Assembly (NCBI GenBank): GCA_938010045.1
Contig: CALLFZ010000004.1
Location: forward strand, 28,107 to 92,106
Direction: 5' to 3'
DNA length: 64,000 nt
Source of the DNA: an uncultured bacterium
Lineage (GTDB): Bacteria > Verrucomicrobiota > Kiritimatiellia > PWTM01
Positions 37,017 through 46,913 of this stretch are shown piece by piece. Each line of letters begins with the position of its first letter. Positions within the stretch are counted from its first letter, which is position 1. Both the position numbers and the translations under genes were made by a program. The notes under the pieces were generated by a model. It did no database searches, was not told the DNA's origin, and saw only the letters and a list, made by a program, of their open reading frames with translations.

Positions 37017-38540
37017 ATGCGACTGGCGGTTGTCTCGGACATTCACGCCAACCTGCCGGCCTGGCGCGCGGTGATCGCCGACGCGGTCGCGCGCGGAGCC
37101 GATGCGGTGATCTGCCTCGGCGATATTGTCGGCTACGGTCCCTGGCCCGCCGACGTGCTCGCCGAGGTGCGCACGCGCTGCCGTCTCTGCGTGCTCGGCA
37201 ACCACGACGCGGCGATGGTCGGCCGTTTCTCGCTGGAGCGATTTCGCCGCGGCGCGCGCCGCGCGGCGCGGTGGACCCGACGGCAGCTCAACGCCGACGC
37301 ACTCGAATTTCTACGGGGCCTGCCGCTCTCTGCGGAAGTGGATGACCTGCTCTTCGTGCACGCCGAAACCGCCGCACCGGAGGAGTTCGGCTATGTGGAC
37401 GACGAGGAGGATGCGGCCGTCTGCTTTCGCGCCACCGAGGCCCGGCTTGTCTTCATCGGCCACACGCACGTCCCCTCGCTGTTCGCGATGCGCGACGGAC
37501 GCGTCGAGCGCCTCTCCGCCGATGACCGTACGCTCGAGCCCAGCGTGCGCTACCTGATTGGGGTCGGATCGGTCGGCGACCCGCGCGACGGCGTGTCTGC
37601 CGCCTCGTACGTGTTCTTCGATGACGCGACCGAATCGCTCGAGTTTCGCCGCTGCGAGTTTGATCTGGCGACGTGCAAAGCGGCGTGGGCGGCCGTCCGC
37701 GATCTCGAGCCGCCCTACTTTCTCCGCGCGCACCGGGATACAGCGGCCGAGCGCGAAGCCGCGATCCGGGCGCCGAAGGTCGCCCAGCTGCGTGTGAAGG
37801 GTGTCCTTGCTCCGACGGTGCACCTGCACGCCACCGACCTGGCCGCGGCCGATACGGCGGCCACGCCACTCTCGCTAGCGGGTCAGGGGCGCGTGCGGCG
37901 CGTCTGGCCGCGAACGGTGGCCGGCCGCGTCGCGCTCGCGCTCATAGCGCTCGGCGCCTTCGCAGTGGGGCTGGCCCTCCGTGGCTCGCGCCCGCGCGCT
38001 CCGGCCGAGTCCGCCGCGACGGCGCCCGTGGGCGGCGCGCCATCCCGCGTGCCCGACGGTGCCGCCCCACCGGCGCCGCGCGTCCCGCCTCCACCCCGCG
38101 CGCCGGGAGAGATCGTGCTGGCCGCCGCCGCCGCGGACCGGTACGGCCAAACGTTCCGCATGGAAAATTTCGGCGGCGGACCTCACATCGGCCACTGGCA
38201 CAATGAACGGGACTATCTCGTCTGGCGCTTCCGCACGCCAAGCCCAGCAGAGTACGAAATAGGACTGGACTACGCGCTCGGCGGCCCGGTCGCGAGCAGC
38301 CGGGTGTTGATCGCCGTCGGCCGGCAAAGCCTTCGATTCGCGCTTCCCTCGACGGGCAATTGGAGCAACTTCACCGAGCGCGTCGTGGGTCATCTGCGGC
38401 TTCCCGCCGGCCTCACGGTGCTCGAAGTCCGGCCCGACGGCCGGCCGAGCTCGGGCATCATGAACCTCCGGTCGGTACGGCTGCGCGAGAGGCCGTCGGG
38501 CGCGACCGCCGAGCCGGACGACCGTGAGGACGTGCGCTGA
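37017..38540 (+). CDS. calcineurin-like metallophosphoesterase fused via a TM helix to a C-terminal extracytoplasmic beta-rich (CBM-like) domain
   Basis: MPP motifs VVSDIHAN, LGDIVGYG, GNHD and GHTH. Then a TM segment RVALALIALGAFAVGLAL, a Pro-rich linker and a ~150-aa domain (..GHWHNERDYLVWRF...NWSNFTERVVGHLRLPAGLTVLEVRP..). Confidence 0.7.
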   Translation: MRLAVVSDIHANLPAWRAVIADAVARGADAVICLGDIVGYGPWPADVLAEVRTRCRLCVLGNHDAAMVGRFSLERFRRGARRAARWTRRQLNADALEFLRGLPLSAEVDDLLFVHAETAAPEEFGYVDDEEDAAVCFRATEARLVFIGHTHVPSLFAMRDGRVERLSADDRTLEPSVRYLIGVGSVGDPRDGVSAASYVFFDDATESLEFRRCEFDLATCKAAWAAVRDLEPPYFLRAHRDTAAEREAAIRAPKVAQLRVKGVLAPTVHLHATDLAAADTAATPLSLAGQGRVRRVWPRTVAGRVALALIALGAFAVGLALRGSRPRAPAESAATAPVGGAPSRVPDGAAPPAPRVPPPPRAPGEIVLAAAAADRYGQTFRMENFGGGPHIGHWHNERDYLVWRFRTPSPAEYEIGLDYALGGPVASSRVLIAVGRQSLRFALPSTGNWSNFTERVVGHLRLPAGLTVLEVRPDGRPSSGIMNLRSVRLRERPSGATAEPDDREDVR

Positions 38541-38568
38541 ACGCGCCGAGCCGCTACGATCACACGCG

Positions 38569-39171
38569 ATGATCACGTCCCTCGAAGGCCGGCTGGCGGA
38601 GAAGCATCCAACCCGCGTCGTCGTCGTGTGCGGCGGCGTCGGATACGAGGTGCACATTCCGCTTAGCAGCCACGACCGCCTGCCGGCGCTGGGCGCCGAG
38701 TGCCGAATCCTCACCCACCACCACGTCTGGGCCGACGGCCAGGCCCTATACGGCTTCGTAACCGAGGCCGAACGCGAGGTCTTCCGCCTGCTGCTCGAGG
38801 TCAGCGGCATCGGTCCCAAAACCGCGCTGAGCGCCCTCAGTGGCCTTTCCGTTCGGGACCTCATCGCCGCGATCGTGAACGGTGACGTGAAACGGCTCAC
38901 GACAATTTCCGGCATCGGCCGCAAAACAGCGGAGCGGATTGTCGTCGAGCTGCGCGATCGCATTTCGAAGGGCGATGCGCTGGCCGCGGTCACCGCTCCC
39001 GCCGGTGGGGCGGAGAGTTCCGACCCGCGCATCCGCGACGCGCTCGAGGCGCTCGTATCGCTTGGCTACAAGCTCGCCGAAGCCCAGTCCCTGCTCGCCG
39101 CGGTTCCACCGGAGATGGCGGCGGCGGCGGACGCTGGCGAACTCGTCCGGCTCGCCCTGCGCCACCGCTGA
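38569..39171 (+). CDS. ruvA: Holliday junction DNA helicase RuvA
   Basis: MITSLEGRL...VCGGVGYEVHIP...LLEVSGIGPKTALSALS...ISGIGRKTAERIVVELRD gives the RuvA domains I-III. Confidence 0.9.
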   Translation: MITSLEGRLAEKHPTRVVVVCGGVGYEVHIPLSSHDRLPALGAECRILTHHHVWADGQALYGFVTEAEREVFRLLLEVSGIGPKTALSALSGLSVRDLIAAIVNGDVKRLTTISGIGRKTAERIVVELRDRISKGDALAAVTAPAGGAESSDPRIRDALEALVSLGYKLAEAQSLLAAVPPEMAAAADAGELVRLALRHR

Positions 39172-39953
39172 CGCCACCAAAGCTCAAGCCGCAAGCGCAC
39201 CGCGGCGATCGAACCACCCGGGACGAAGTGCGAGCAGCCGCGCAGACACCGCGCCGCCCTCATCGCCGACCTCGGCGCACACCACCACCGATCACAAAGC
39301 TGCGATCTCGGCTTTGCCCCACCCAGCTATAGCACACCCCACTGTAGTTTCGGCGATCTTCTGCCGAGACGAAGGAACCCTGGCCCTCGATGCGGCCGGC
39401 GCCGAACGAACTGGGAGCGCTGAGCCGGGCCGTCCCCTCGCAGGGTGCCGTCATCACCACGACGGCCATTGCCCACGTACGCGACTCCGCGGTCAGCCCA
39501 AGCGGTGCCGCGCTGTGCGCGGCGGCCCCCCACGCTCAACGCGGCGCTTGACACGCACGACGACAGGACCGCCCTCGCCGGATCGGCGACGGCGTTGGAG
39601 TCGCGGTTCGTGACCGCCGCCCATCCGACGCCATCCAGGTCGGCCGGATGTCGCACCGGGCGGGCCGCGGGCCCCGGTGGCCGCCCGAGACGCGCGGCAA
39701 CGATGCCCCCCACCCGCTGGTCAGTCTCATCCGGTTGGGCGCGCCACAGTCTTTGCGCGCACAGCGGCACGCTGGGGCGCGGCGGCAAGGCCCCCCAGAC
39801 CACAACGCCGCCTCGCCGGCCGTGCGCTGGTACAGACTGCTGCCGCGAGGGTGGACTTCCTGCCCGCCGGGGCAGCTGCTTGCAGGCTTCAAGGCCGCTG
39901 TTGTTCTCCCCCGGCCGCTCGGACTGCGAACGCCGATTCGAGCGGTCCGGTGT

Positions 39954-41318
39954 TCACACGCGGTTCGGCACCACGAACGGCGCACGATACTCGCGCGTGA
40001 GCATCGCGTTGGCCTCGGCGTCGTGTGGGAAGGTCATTGTTTCGGGATCGAACTCGAGCGCGCGCCCCAGTCGGTACGCGATGTTGCCAAGGTGCACCAG
40101 CGTAGACGAGAGAAACCCTTCCTCGATGCTCACGTTGAACGTGGCGGGATCGCCCGAGCGGATCGCGTCCACGAACACTTGATAGTGGTTGCCGATGCCC
40201 GACCCGGTTGGTCCCGGTTCACGCTGCTCGCCCATGAACGTCGCCCAGCGCGAGACATCCTTGACCATATACCCCTTGGATCCGAAGAAGAGATTGCCGA
40301 TCGTGTTGCCTGCGCTGGTCGCCGCGTACCCGGTGGTGTCCACCGGTCGCATCCACATCGCGTCCTCGCGGTTCGTGATCCAGCCGCGCACTTCGAATTG
40401 AAGGATCTTCTTCTTGTCGCCGCCGCCGGCGGGGCTCGGAAACTCGTAGGCGACGATCAGCACGTTGGGTGTCTGCTGATCGTCGTCGAACATCATGTGA
40501 CCGCCCGAGGCGACGATGCGCGTCGGCAACCGCACGCCCAGGCCCCAGCGCGCGATGTCCATCTCGTGCACGCCCTGGTTGCCGATGTCGCCGTTGCCGT
40601 AGTCCCAGTGCCAGTGCCAGTTGTAATGAAACCGGTTGCGGTTGAACGGTCGCTTCGGTGCCGGCCCGAGCCAGAGGTCATAGTCCACGCCCGGGGGCAC
40701 TGGTTCATCCGGGTAGCGGCCGATGGAGGGGCGCCACTTGTAGCAAATACCCTTCGCCATGTAGACCTCGCCGAGCCCGCCCTCATGTAGGAACTTGGCC
40801 ATGCTTTGCGCGCACGGGTTGCTGCGCTGCTCCGCGCCGTCCTGCACAATCACACGGTATTTGCGCGCTGCCTCCACAAGCTGGCGACCCTCGTACACGT
40901 TGTGGCAGCACGGCTTTTCGACGCTCACATGTTTGCCCGCCTGGATCGCCCAGATCGCGGCCAGCGCGTGCCAGTGGTTCGGCGTCACGATCGAGACGGC
41001 GTCGATGTCCTTGTCCTCATACAGCCGCCGCAGGTCGGTGTAGATCTTCGGCGCTGGGAGACCGCGTTTCGTGAAGTGTTGTTCGATGACCGGCGCGAAG
41101 AGGTTGGAGTCCGGGTCGCACAACGCCGCGACCTCCACCTGCGCGAGTTTCTGATATGCCTGTATGTGCGACTGGCCCATCCCGTGGATGCCGAGCACGG
41201 CCACGCGCACCCGATCATTCGCCCCCGCCCACGTGCGGCTCGTGCCCCAGAGCATTCCGCCCAGACCAAGACCCGTCTCCACCAGAAACCGTCGCCGGCG
41301 AACCTGCCGTGCCGTCAT
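39954..41318 (-). CDS. TAT-secreted Gfo/Idh/MocA-family oxidoreductase (possibly GH109-like)
   Basis: Twin-arginine signal RRRFLVETGLGLGG. Rossmann motif VAVLGIHGMGQSH, TPNHWH and EKP. Paralog of the CDS at 1..1256. Confidence 0.8.
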   Translation of the reverse strand: MTARQVRRRRFLVETGLGLGGMLWGTSRTWAGANDRVRVAVLGIHGMGQSHIQAYQKLAQVEVAALCDPDSNLFAPVIEQHFTKRGLPAPKIYTDLRRLYEDKDIDAVSIVTPNHWHALAAIWAIQAGKHVSVEKPCCHNVYEGRQLVEAARKYRVIVQDGAEQRSNPCAQSMAKFLHEGGLGEVYMAKGICYKWRPSIGRYPDEPVPPGVDYDLWLGPAPKRPFNRNRFHYNWHWHWDYGNGDIGNQGVHEMDIARWGLGVRLPTRIVASGGHMMFDDDQQTPNVLIVAYEFPSPAGGGDKKKILQFEVRGWITNREDAMWMRPVDTTGYAATSAGNTIGNLFFGSKGYMVKDVSRWATFMGEQREPGPTGSGIGNHYQVFVDAIRSGDPATFNVSIEEGFLSSTLVHLGNIAYRLGRALEFDPETMTFPHDAEANAMLTREYRAPFVVPNRV

Positions 41319-41467
41319 CCGCACACCTCCGATTCGTACCGCTGGCCGATCACCTCCGCCAACTTCTTCTCGCGAATGCGACCACACCCACCTCCTCCGC
41401 GTCAATCCATCGGGCGCAAGTCGGTGCTCTCCTCGGCGCGGACGGAGGCCGAGTCTGGCCATGGGTT

Positions 41468-44083
41468 TCAATGTCCCGGCGCCCAGAACGGGCCGTTGGC
41501 CCGCTTTCCCTGTCCCAGGGCGGCTTCATCGGGACCGGCGGTCGCGTAGGCCGACGGCTTCGCCCGAACCAGAAGGTCGCCGTCGTCGAGCACACGAACC
41601 TCGAGCGGCACGATGGTGACGCCGTGAGGATTGATCGTCTGCGCGGTCTCGGAAAGGTCCCGCGTTTCGATTCCCTCCGCCGGCAGCGGCGGTACGTCGG
41701 CATTGAAGAACGCCGTGCACCACCACCGTCCTTCGCGATCCTGGAACGGCGTGCCATGACCCAGAAAACGTCCCACGAGCCGCCGCGGGCCATAGGGGCC
41801 CGTGATGCGATCGGCGACAGCATAGTATAGGTTATAGCTGCCTTTGCGCATCCGGCCGGTGGACCATCCCGTTCCGAACAGCACGTATCGGCCGTGGATT
41901 TTGCGGATGAGACAGCCTTCGTGGCCCATCTTGACGCCGTCGCGGGCCGGGCCGATGCGCACAGGCGCCGCGGCGAAGCCGGTCCAGTCCGGCCGAATCG
42001 GCGCAATCTCAGTGGCGCCCCACACCAGCCACCACACGCCGTCATCGTCGCGGAACAGCGAGGGATCGTGCCGCTGGCCGATCTCGACGCCCATCGGATT
42101 TTGCCAAGGGCCACGGAGTTCCGCTCCCTCGCTCAACGAAAGGTTCGAGCCGCGCACCGGGTATGGGCTCGTGTGCACGAGCGCCCACCGATCGCCCGTC
42201 CAGTGCAATTCCGGCGCCCAGAGCCGCCACGTGGGGCGCGGTGCCGCCGCAAACGCCGCCGGCTGTGCCGCGCTCCACACGCCATCGGTCAGCGAGTACA
42301 GCGCGCCGAGCGTCTCCCACGCGATCAGATCGCGGCTGCGCCACACCTGGACGTGCCATCCCACGCCGGACTCGTCGAAGAGCCCGCGGTTGTACGGTTC
42401 GCGGTGCTCAAGCGGATCGCCGGGCTCGAACGTTGTACCCGTGAGGTACCACCAACCGTCGGGGCCCGCGACGATGTAGGGATCGCGGATCCACCCCTCC
42501 CGAATGAGCACGGCGCGGTCGTGATCCCGCAGCGCCCGGGCAATCTCCTCGGGCGAGTCGGGCGGGCGCATCGCGATCCGCGGCGCGGGGCGCCCCACCG
42601 GCGGCCGAGGGTCGGGATACCGAGCGAGGATGCGCCCCAGTTCCCGGACGAGCTCCGGCCGGTCGGGTGCGAGATTGACGGTCTCTTCCGGGTCCTCCAT
42701 CAAATCGTAGAGTTCGATCTCCGCGCGGTCGGCCGGATCTTCGACTCGCCGCCATTCCACCAGCCGGTGCCGTTCCGTGCGCACCGCGCGCCCGAGCACT
42801 GGCCCGCGAGGGAACACGTGGAGCACATGATCGCGGACCCGCGCGGCCGGATCCCGCAACACCGGCAACAGACTGACGCCGTCCCGCGGCTGCGGTCCGC
42901 GCGGCGCGGGCAACCCGGCCAGTTCGCAGAGCGTGGCAAGGAGATCCACCGCGCCGGCCGGCTGACGGGTCACCCTCCCCGGCCGCGTCACACCGGGCGC
43001 GACCACAATCAGCGGCACGCGCGTGGCCTGCTCGTAGTTCGTGTGCTTTGTCCACAGACCGTGGTCGCCGAGGTGAAAGCCGTTATCGCCCCAGAGCACG
43101 ATGATCGTCTCCGACGCAAGGCCGAGCCCATCGACGGCGGCGAGCAACCGGCCAATCTGCGCATCCACATACGCGACGCTCGCGTAATAGCCGTGGATCA
43201 GCGTGCGCTCGACCTCCTCGCTCACCGTTCCGTCCTCGCCGATCGGCTCGTAGTTCGCGATCTCACCGCCGCGCTTGCCTGCGACCGCGGGCGCGCCGCG
43301 CGGCAGCGAACGGAGCGGCGGGCGCGGAAGCTTCGCGGGATCCACCCTCTCCCAGTAACGGCGCGGCACCGAGAACGGCAGGTGGGGACGCGCGAACCCC
43401 ACCGCGATGAAGAACGGCGTTCCCTCGCGGCGTGCCCGCTCCGCGGCGGCCTCGAGCCGCCGCACCGCCTCAGCCGCGACGCGACCATCGGCGTAGGCTT
43501 CGTCCGGCACCTCGGGCGATTCCCATGCCGGACCGCGCGGCAGCTCGCCCACCCGCCCCCGAGTCCAGTTTTCGAAGAGCGCTTCCTCTCGTGTCCGTCG
43601 CCCCCGCGTGCTCGCGGGATCGGCATACTCGATCACCTTGTCATCGAACGGCGGCACGCGGAACGACGATGGATCGCCCTCGTTGCCGTGGCCGATGTGG
43701 TACACCTTGCCGAGGGACTCGGTGCGGTATCCGCCGTACTGCGCAAGGTGCTGGGGCAGCGTGACCGCGTCCGGCAGCACCTCCCGGAGACGCTGCCCGA
43801 GCCCGTACAGGCCGGTCGAAGTCGAGTGGGCGCCGAGCATCAAATGAAACCGCGAAGGGGCACACACCGCCTGATGACAGTACGCGAGATCGAAGCGCAG
43901 TCCGCGCGCCGCCAGCGAGTCCATGTGCGGCGTCACCGCCGCGCGATCGCCATAGCAGCCGAGCGCCGGCTTCAGATCGTCCACGAGAATCAGCAGCACA
44001 TGCGAATGGCGCGGCGCCGCGCCCGCTGTGGCCGCGGCCACCGCCAGCGGCAGCCAACGCGTCCCGACGCCGAACTGAGCCAC
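41468..44083 (-). CDS. secreted sulfatase (formylglycine-type, CAPSR) fused to a C-terminal GH43-like beta-propeller domain
   Basis: Signal peptide. LILVDDLKPALGCYGD...CHQAVCAPSRFHLMLG is the sulfatase signature. The C-terminal ~380 aa has DPYIV.GPDGWWYLTGT and repeated W-rich blades typical of GH43 and related five-bladed propellers. Confidence 0.75.
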   Translation of the reverse strand: MAQFGVGTRWLPLAVAAATAGAAPRHSHVLLILVDDLKPALGCYGDRAAVTPHMDSLAARGLRFDLAYCHQAVCAPSRFHLMLGAHSTSTGLYGLGQRLREVLPDAVTLPQHLAQYGGYRTESLGKVYHIGHGNEGDPSSFRVPPFDDKVIEYADPASTRGRRTREEALFENWTRGRVGELPRGPAWESPEVPDEAYADGRVAAEAVRRLEAAAERARREGTPFFIAVGFARPHLPFSVPRRYWERVDPAKLPRPPLRSLPRGAPAVAGKRGGEIANYEPIGEDGTVSEEVERTLIHGYYASVAYVDAQIGRLLAAVDGLGLASETIIVLWGDNGFHLGDHGLWTKHTNYEQATRVPLIVVAPGVTRPGRVTRQPAGAVDLLATLCELAGLPAPRGPQPRDGVSLLPVLRDPAARVRDHVLHVFPRGPVLGRAVRTERHRLVEWRRVEDPADRAEIELYDLMEDPEETVNLAPDRPELVRELGRILARYPDPRPPVGRPAPRIAMRPPDSPEEIARALRDHDRAVLIREGWIRDPYIVAGPDGWWYLTGTTFEPGDPLEHREPYNRGLFDESGVGWHVQVWRSRDLIAWETLGALYSLTDGVWSAAQPAAFAAAPRPTWRLWAPELHWTGDRWALVHTSPYPVRGSNLSLSEGAELRGPWQNPMGVEIGQRHDPSLFRDDDGVWWLVWGATEIAPIRPDWTGFAAAPVRIGPARDGVKMGHEGCLIRKIHGRYVLFGTGWSTGRMRKGSYNLYYAVADRITGPYGPRRLVGRFLGHGTPFQDREGRWWCTAFFNADVPPLPAEGIETRDLSETAQTINPHGVTIVPLEVRVLDDGDLLVRAKPSAYATAGPDEAALGQGKRANGPFWAPGH

Positions 44084-44182
44084 GACGATCTCTCCTTGGT
44101 GCGAGGAGACGCCCGGCGCTCACGCCGCCGCAAAACGTCGCGCGCGACAACGCAAGCGCCCGCGCTCGGCGCGAACCGGTGG

Positions 44183-45427
44183 TCAGGCTCGCACTGCCTC
44201 GGCGTATTCTGCCTGAAGCTCAGGAAATGGCAAGAGTACCCTCGCCAGCACGCCGTGCAGGTGCGCGATGCAGACGCCATAGTTCGTGATCGCGACGCGG
44301 TCCCGCGCCGCGCGGTCGAGACGGCTCAGCATCTCGCGGCGCGTCAGCATGCAGGCGCCGCAATGGATGATGAGACGGTAGTCCGCCAGATCCGGCGGAT
44401 AGTCGCGTCCCGCCGCGACCTCGATTCTGAGATCGCGCCCGGTGTACTGCCTCAGCCAGCGCGGAATTTTCACCCGGCCAATGTCGTCCTCGAGCGCGTG
44501 ATGGCTGCATGCCTCGGCGATCAGTACGCGGTCGCCGTCCTCGAGCCGGTCCACCATGCCAACGCCCCGCACCGCCTCGGCCAGATTGCCTTTCAGACGC
44601 GCGAACAGGATCGAGAACGTCGTGCACCGCACCGACGGCGGGGTGTCGGCCACGACCTTCATCACGACCTGCGAGTCGCACACCACCAGGTCCGGAGGCG
44701 AGGGCAAGCGCGTGAGCACAGCCGCATACGCCCCCTCTTTGACCACCAGCCCGGCCGCGTCGTGATCGAGCAGGTCCCGTAGCGCCTGCACCTGGGGCAA
44801 GATCAAACGGCCCTTCGGCGCCTGACGATCAATCGGCACCACGAGCACCGCCAAACCGCCCGGGGGCACCAGATCACCCAACAGCGACGGAGAGCGAACG
44901 CGTTCCGGCGGCAGCGCCCGCTCCAGCGCTCGCTTCAGTTCCTCGAGCCGCGCGTCGCGATCCTCCCGCCGCACCGCGCTCAGCGCCACAACTCCCGCAC
45001 ACCGCCCGCGCAGCCGTTCAAGAAACGCCGCCGAAGGCGCCCGTTCGTCGCACTTATTCACGACAGCCACCACCGGCACGCCGCGACGGCCCGCTTCCGC
45101 CGCAACGCCCTCCTCGAATGCAGTCCACACGTCCGGCTCGACCACGAGCAGCGCAACGTCCGCTCGGTCGAATACCGTGCGCGCCCGTTCAACCCGCCGC
45201 GCGCCGAGCTCCGAGCGGTCGTCGAGCCCGCCCGTATCCAGCAGGGTGACGGGGCCCAGCGGCAACAGCTCGATCGGCTTCGCCACCACGTCGGTCGTCG
45301 TGCCGGGCACCGGCGAAACGATCGAGACGGACTGGTCGGCGATCCAGTTCACGAGGCTGGATTTTCCAACGTTCGCGCGACCAAAGACGCCGATCTGAAT
45401 CCGAAGACCGTTCGGCGAACCACTCAT
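44183..45427 (-). CDS. hydF: [FeFe]-hydrogenase H-cluster maturation GTPase HydF
   Basis: G1 GRANVGKSS, G2 TTD, G3 DTGG. The C-terminal cluster-binding motifs EACSHH...(~47 aa)...HCGAC follow the CxH-X46-53-HCxxC pattern. Collinear with T. maritima HydF from memory. Confidence 0.85.
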   Translation of the reverse strand: MSGSPNGLRIQIGVFGRANVGKSSLVNWIADQSVSIVSPVPGTTTDVVAKPIELLPLGPVTLLDTGGLDDRSELGARRVERARTVFDRADVALLVVEPDVWTAFEEGVAAEAGRRGVPVVAVVNKCDERAPSAAFLERLRGRCAGVVALSAVRREDRDARLEELKRALERALPPERVRSPSLLGDLVPPGGLAVLVVPIDRQAPKGRLILPQVQALRDLLDHDAAGLVVKEGAYAAVLTRLPSPPDLVVCDSQVVMKVVADTPPSVRCTTFSILFARLKGNLAEAVRGVGMVDRLEDGDRVLIAEACSHHALEDDIGRVKIPRWLRQYTGRDLRIEVAAGRDYPPDLADYRLIIHCGACMLTRREMLSRLDRAARDRVAITNYGVCIAHLHGVLARVLLPFPELQAEYAEAVRA

Positions 45428-46434
45428 GGCTCCACTGCTCCACAGCGGGCCGCCGGCGACATCAGCCGGGCGGGCGACAACGCCTCGTCCACCACCGCCG
45501 CGCCGAGCCGCCGCACCTGCGCCGCGCGCACGTCCACGGGGCGCTCGCGGCGGATCTCAAGCGCCAGTTCCTCGGCGCGCCGATACCCGAGCCGCGGCAC
45601 CCACGCCGTGACCAGCGCCGAGCCGTGGTCCAGGCGCCGCCGGCACTCCGCCACGTCCACCTCAATCTCGCGTAGGTGCTCTGCCAGCACGCGCGCCGCC
45701 GCGCCCGTCAGATCCGCCGCCTCAAGCCACGCGTCGGCCAGCGCGGGCAAAACCTCGTTGCTCCACTCCGATCCTTGGGCGGCATCATCGCCCACCAGGC
45801 CGATCAGCACCGCCGCGCGCGTGACCGCGGAGATCACAGCCTCGAGAATCACCGGGTTCACCGTCCCCGGCATCAGCGACGACCCCACCTGCCGCGGTGG
45901 CAATCGCAGTTCGCCCGTGACATGCCGGATCCGCACGTCACGGGCCACTTTGCCGAGGTTCGCCGCGGCGGACGCGATCATACTGGCCGTTTCGACGAGG
46001 CTGTCGACGTTCGACGCGCCGTCCAGGCCGTTCTCCGCCCGGCTGAGACCATAGCCCGTCGGCTCGCGGAGCCGCTCGACGACGCGGAATACAGAGTCGC
46101 GCGGCGCCCCGATGCCCGTGCCGACCGCCGTTTCGCCCAGGTTGATGACGCGCAGCCGCTCCTCGCTCTCGTCGGCGCGCCAGCGATCGCGCGCGAACGC
46201 GTCCGCGTAGGCCCCGAACTCCGCCCCCAACACCACCGGCACCGCGTCCTGCCACTCTGTGCGCCCGATCGCCACAATGCCGACGAACGCGCACTCGCAG
46301 TCCTGCGCCGCGCTCTGCACCGCCGCGAAGTCGCCGCTCAACGCCCGCAGCGCCTCCGCCGGAACCGGCAGTTCGCCGAGAGCATCCCGCTCGATCCGTG
46401 TCGGCCCAGGGGCCTGAACTGAGCCCATGATCAT
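45424..46434 (-). CDS. degenerate aspartase/fumarase class II-like protein (internally shortened; SS-loop Lys replaced by Thr)
   Basis: TRIERDALGELPVPAEAL (N-terminal lyase block), IGRTEWQDAVPVVLGAEFGAYA and GSSLMPGTVNPVILE (versus aspartase GSSIMPAKVNPVVPE). At ~336 aa versus ~470, the region around the TSND motif is absent. ATGA overlap with the hydF start. Confidence 0.7.
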   Translation of the reverse strand: MIMGSVQAPGPTRIERDALGELPVPAEALRALSGDFAAVQSAAQDCECAFVGIVAIGRTEWQDAVPVVLGAEFGAYADAFARDRWRADESEERLRVINLGETAVGTGIGAPRDSVFRVVERLREPTGYGLSRAENGLDGASNVDSLVETASMIASAAANLGKVARDVRIRHVTGELRLPPRQVGSSLMPGTVNPVILEAVISAVTRAAVLIGLVGDDAAQGSEWSNEVLPALADAWLEAADLTGAAARVLAEHLREIEVDVAECRRRLDHGSALVTAWVPRLGYRRAEELALEIRRERPVDVRAAQVRRLGAAVVDEALSPARLMSPAARCGAVEP

Positions 46435-46913
46435 ATCGCGAACCTACCACAGCTGTACCGAACCCGCGACCGACCGCCGGCGGCGGGCTGCGCAATCGTT
46501 CCAACCTTTGGATGGCCAATGCCGCGACGCGTCCAATGCTTGGAGACTGCCCAACGCGGAACGGGTCGCGGGGCGCGGCGTGGCCTCGCTTCGCACCGTC
46601 CTCGACCCGGACGGCGACGGCGTGGGCCAACGCAGTTTGTCGTGCTCGCGGGCGGCGGCCCTCGGTAGCCCACTGCAGGCAAGCTGAAAGAACGAAACCA
46701 ACCAAATCGGCCAGAACGCCGCTGCGGCGCGACGAAAACGGGTCGTGGCGACATGAGACGCTCCCGAGCCAACTGCGCCGTGCGGAAATGAGCGGCCACT
46801 AGAGGCGTCGTCGAAGGGAGGCAAACATCGTTTACAACCCCGCGCCATTCACCGGTGGTTCTCCTCTGTACCCAGCCAACAACAATGATTCGACCCTCCA
46901 GCCCCGGCCGCGG

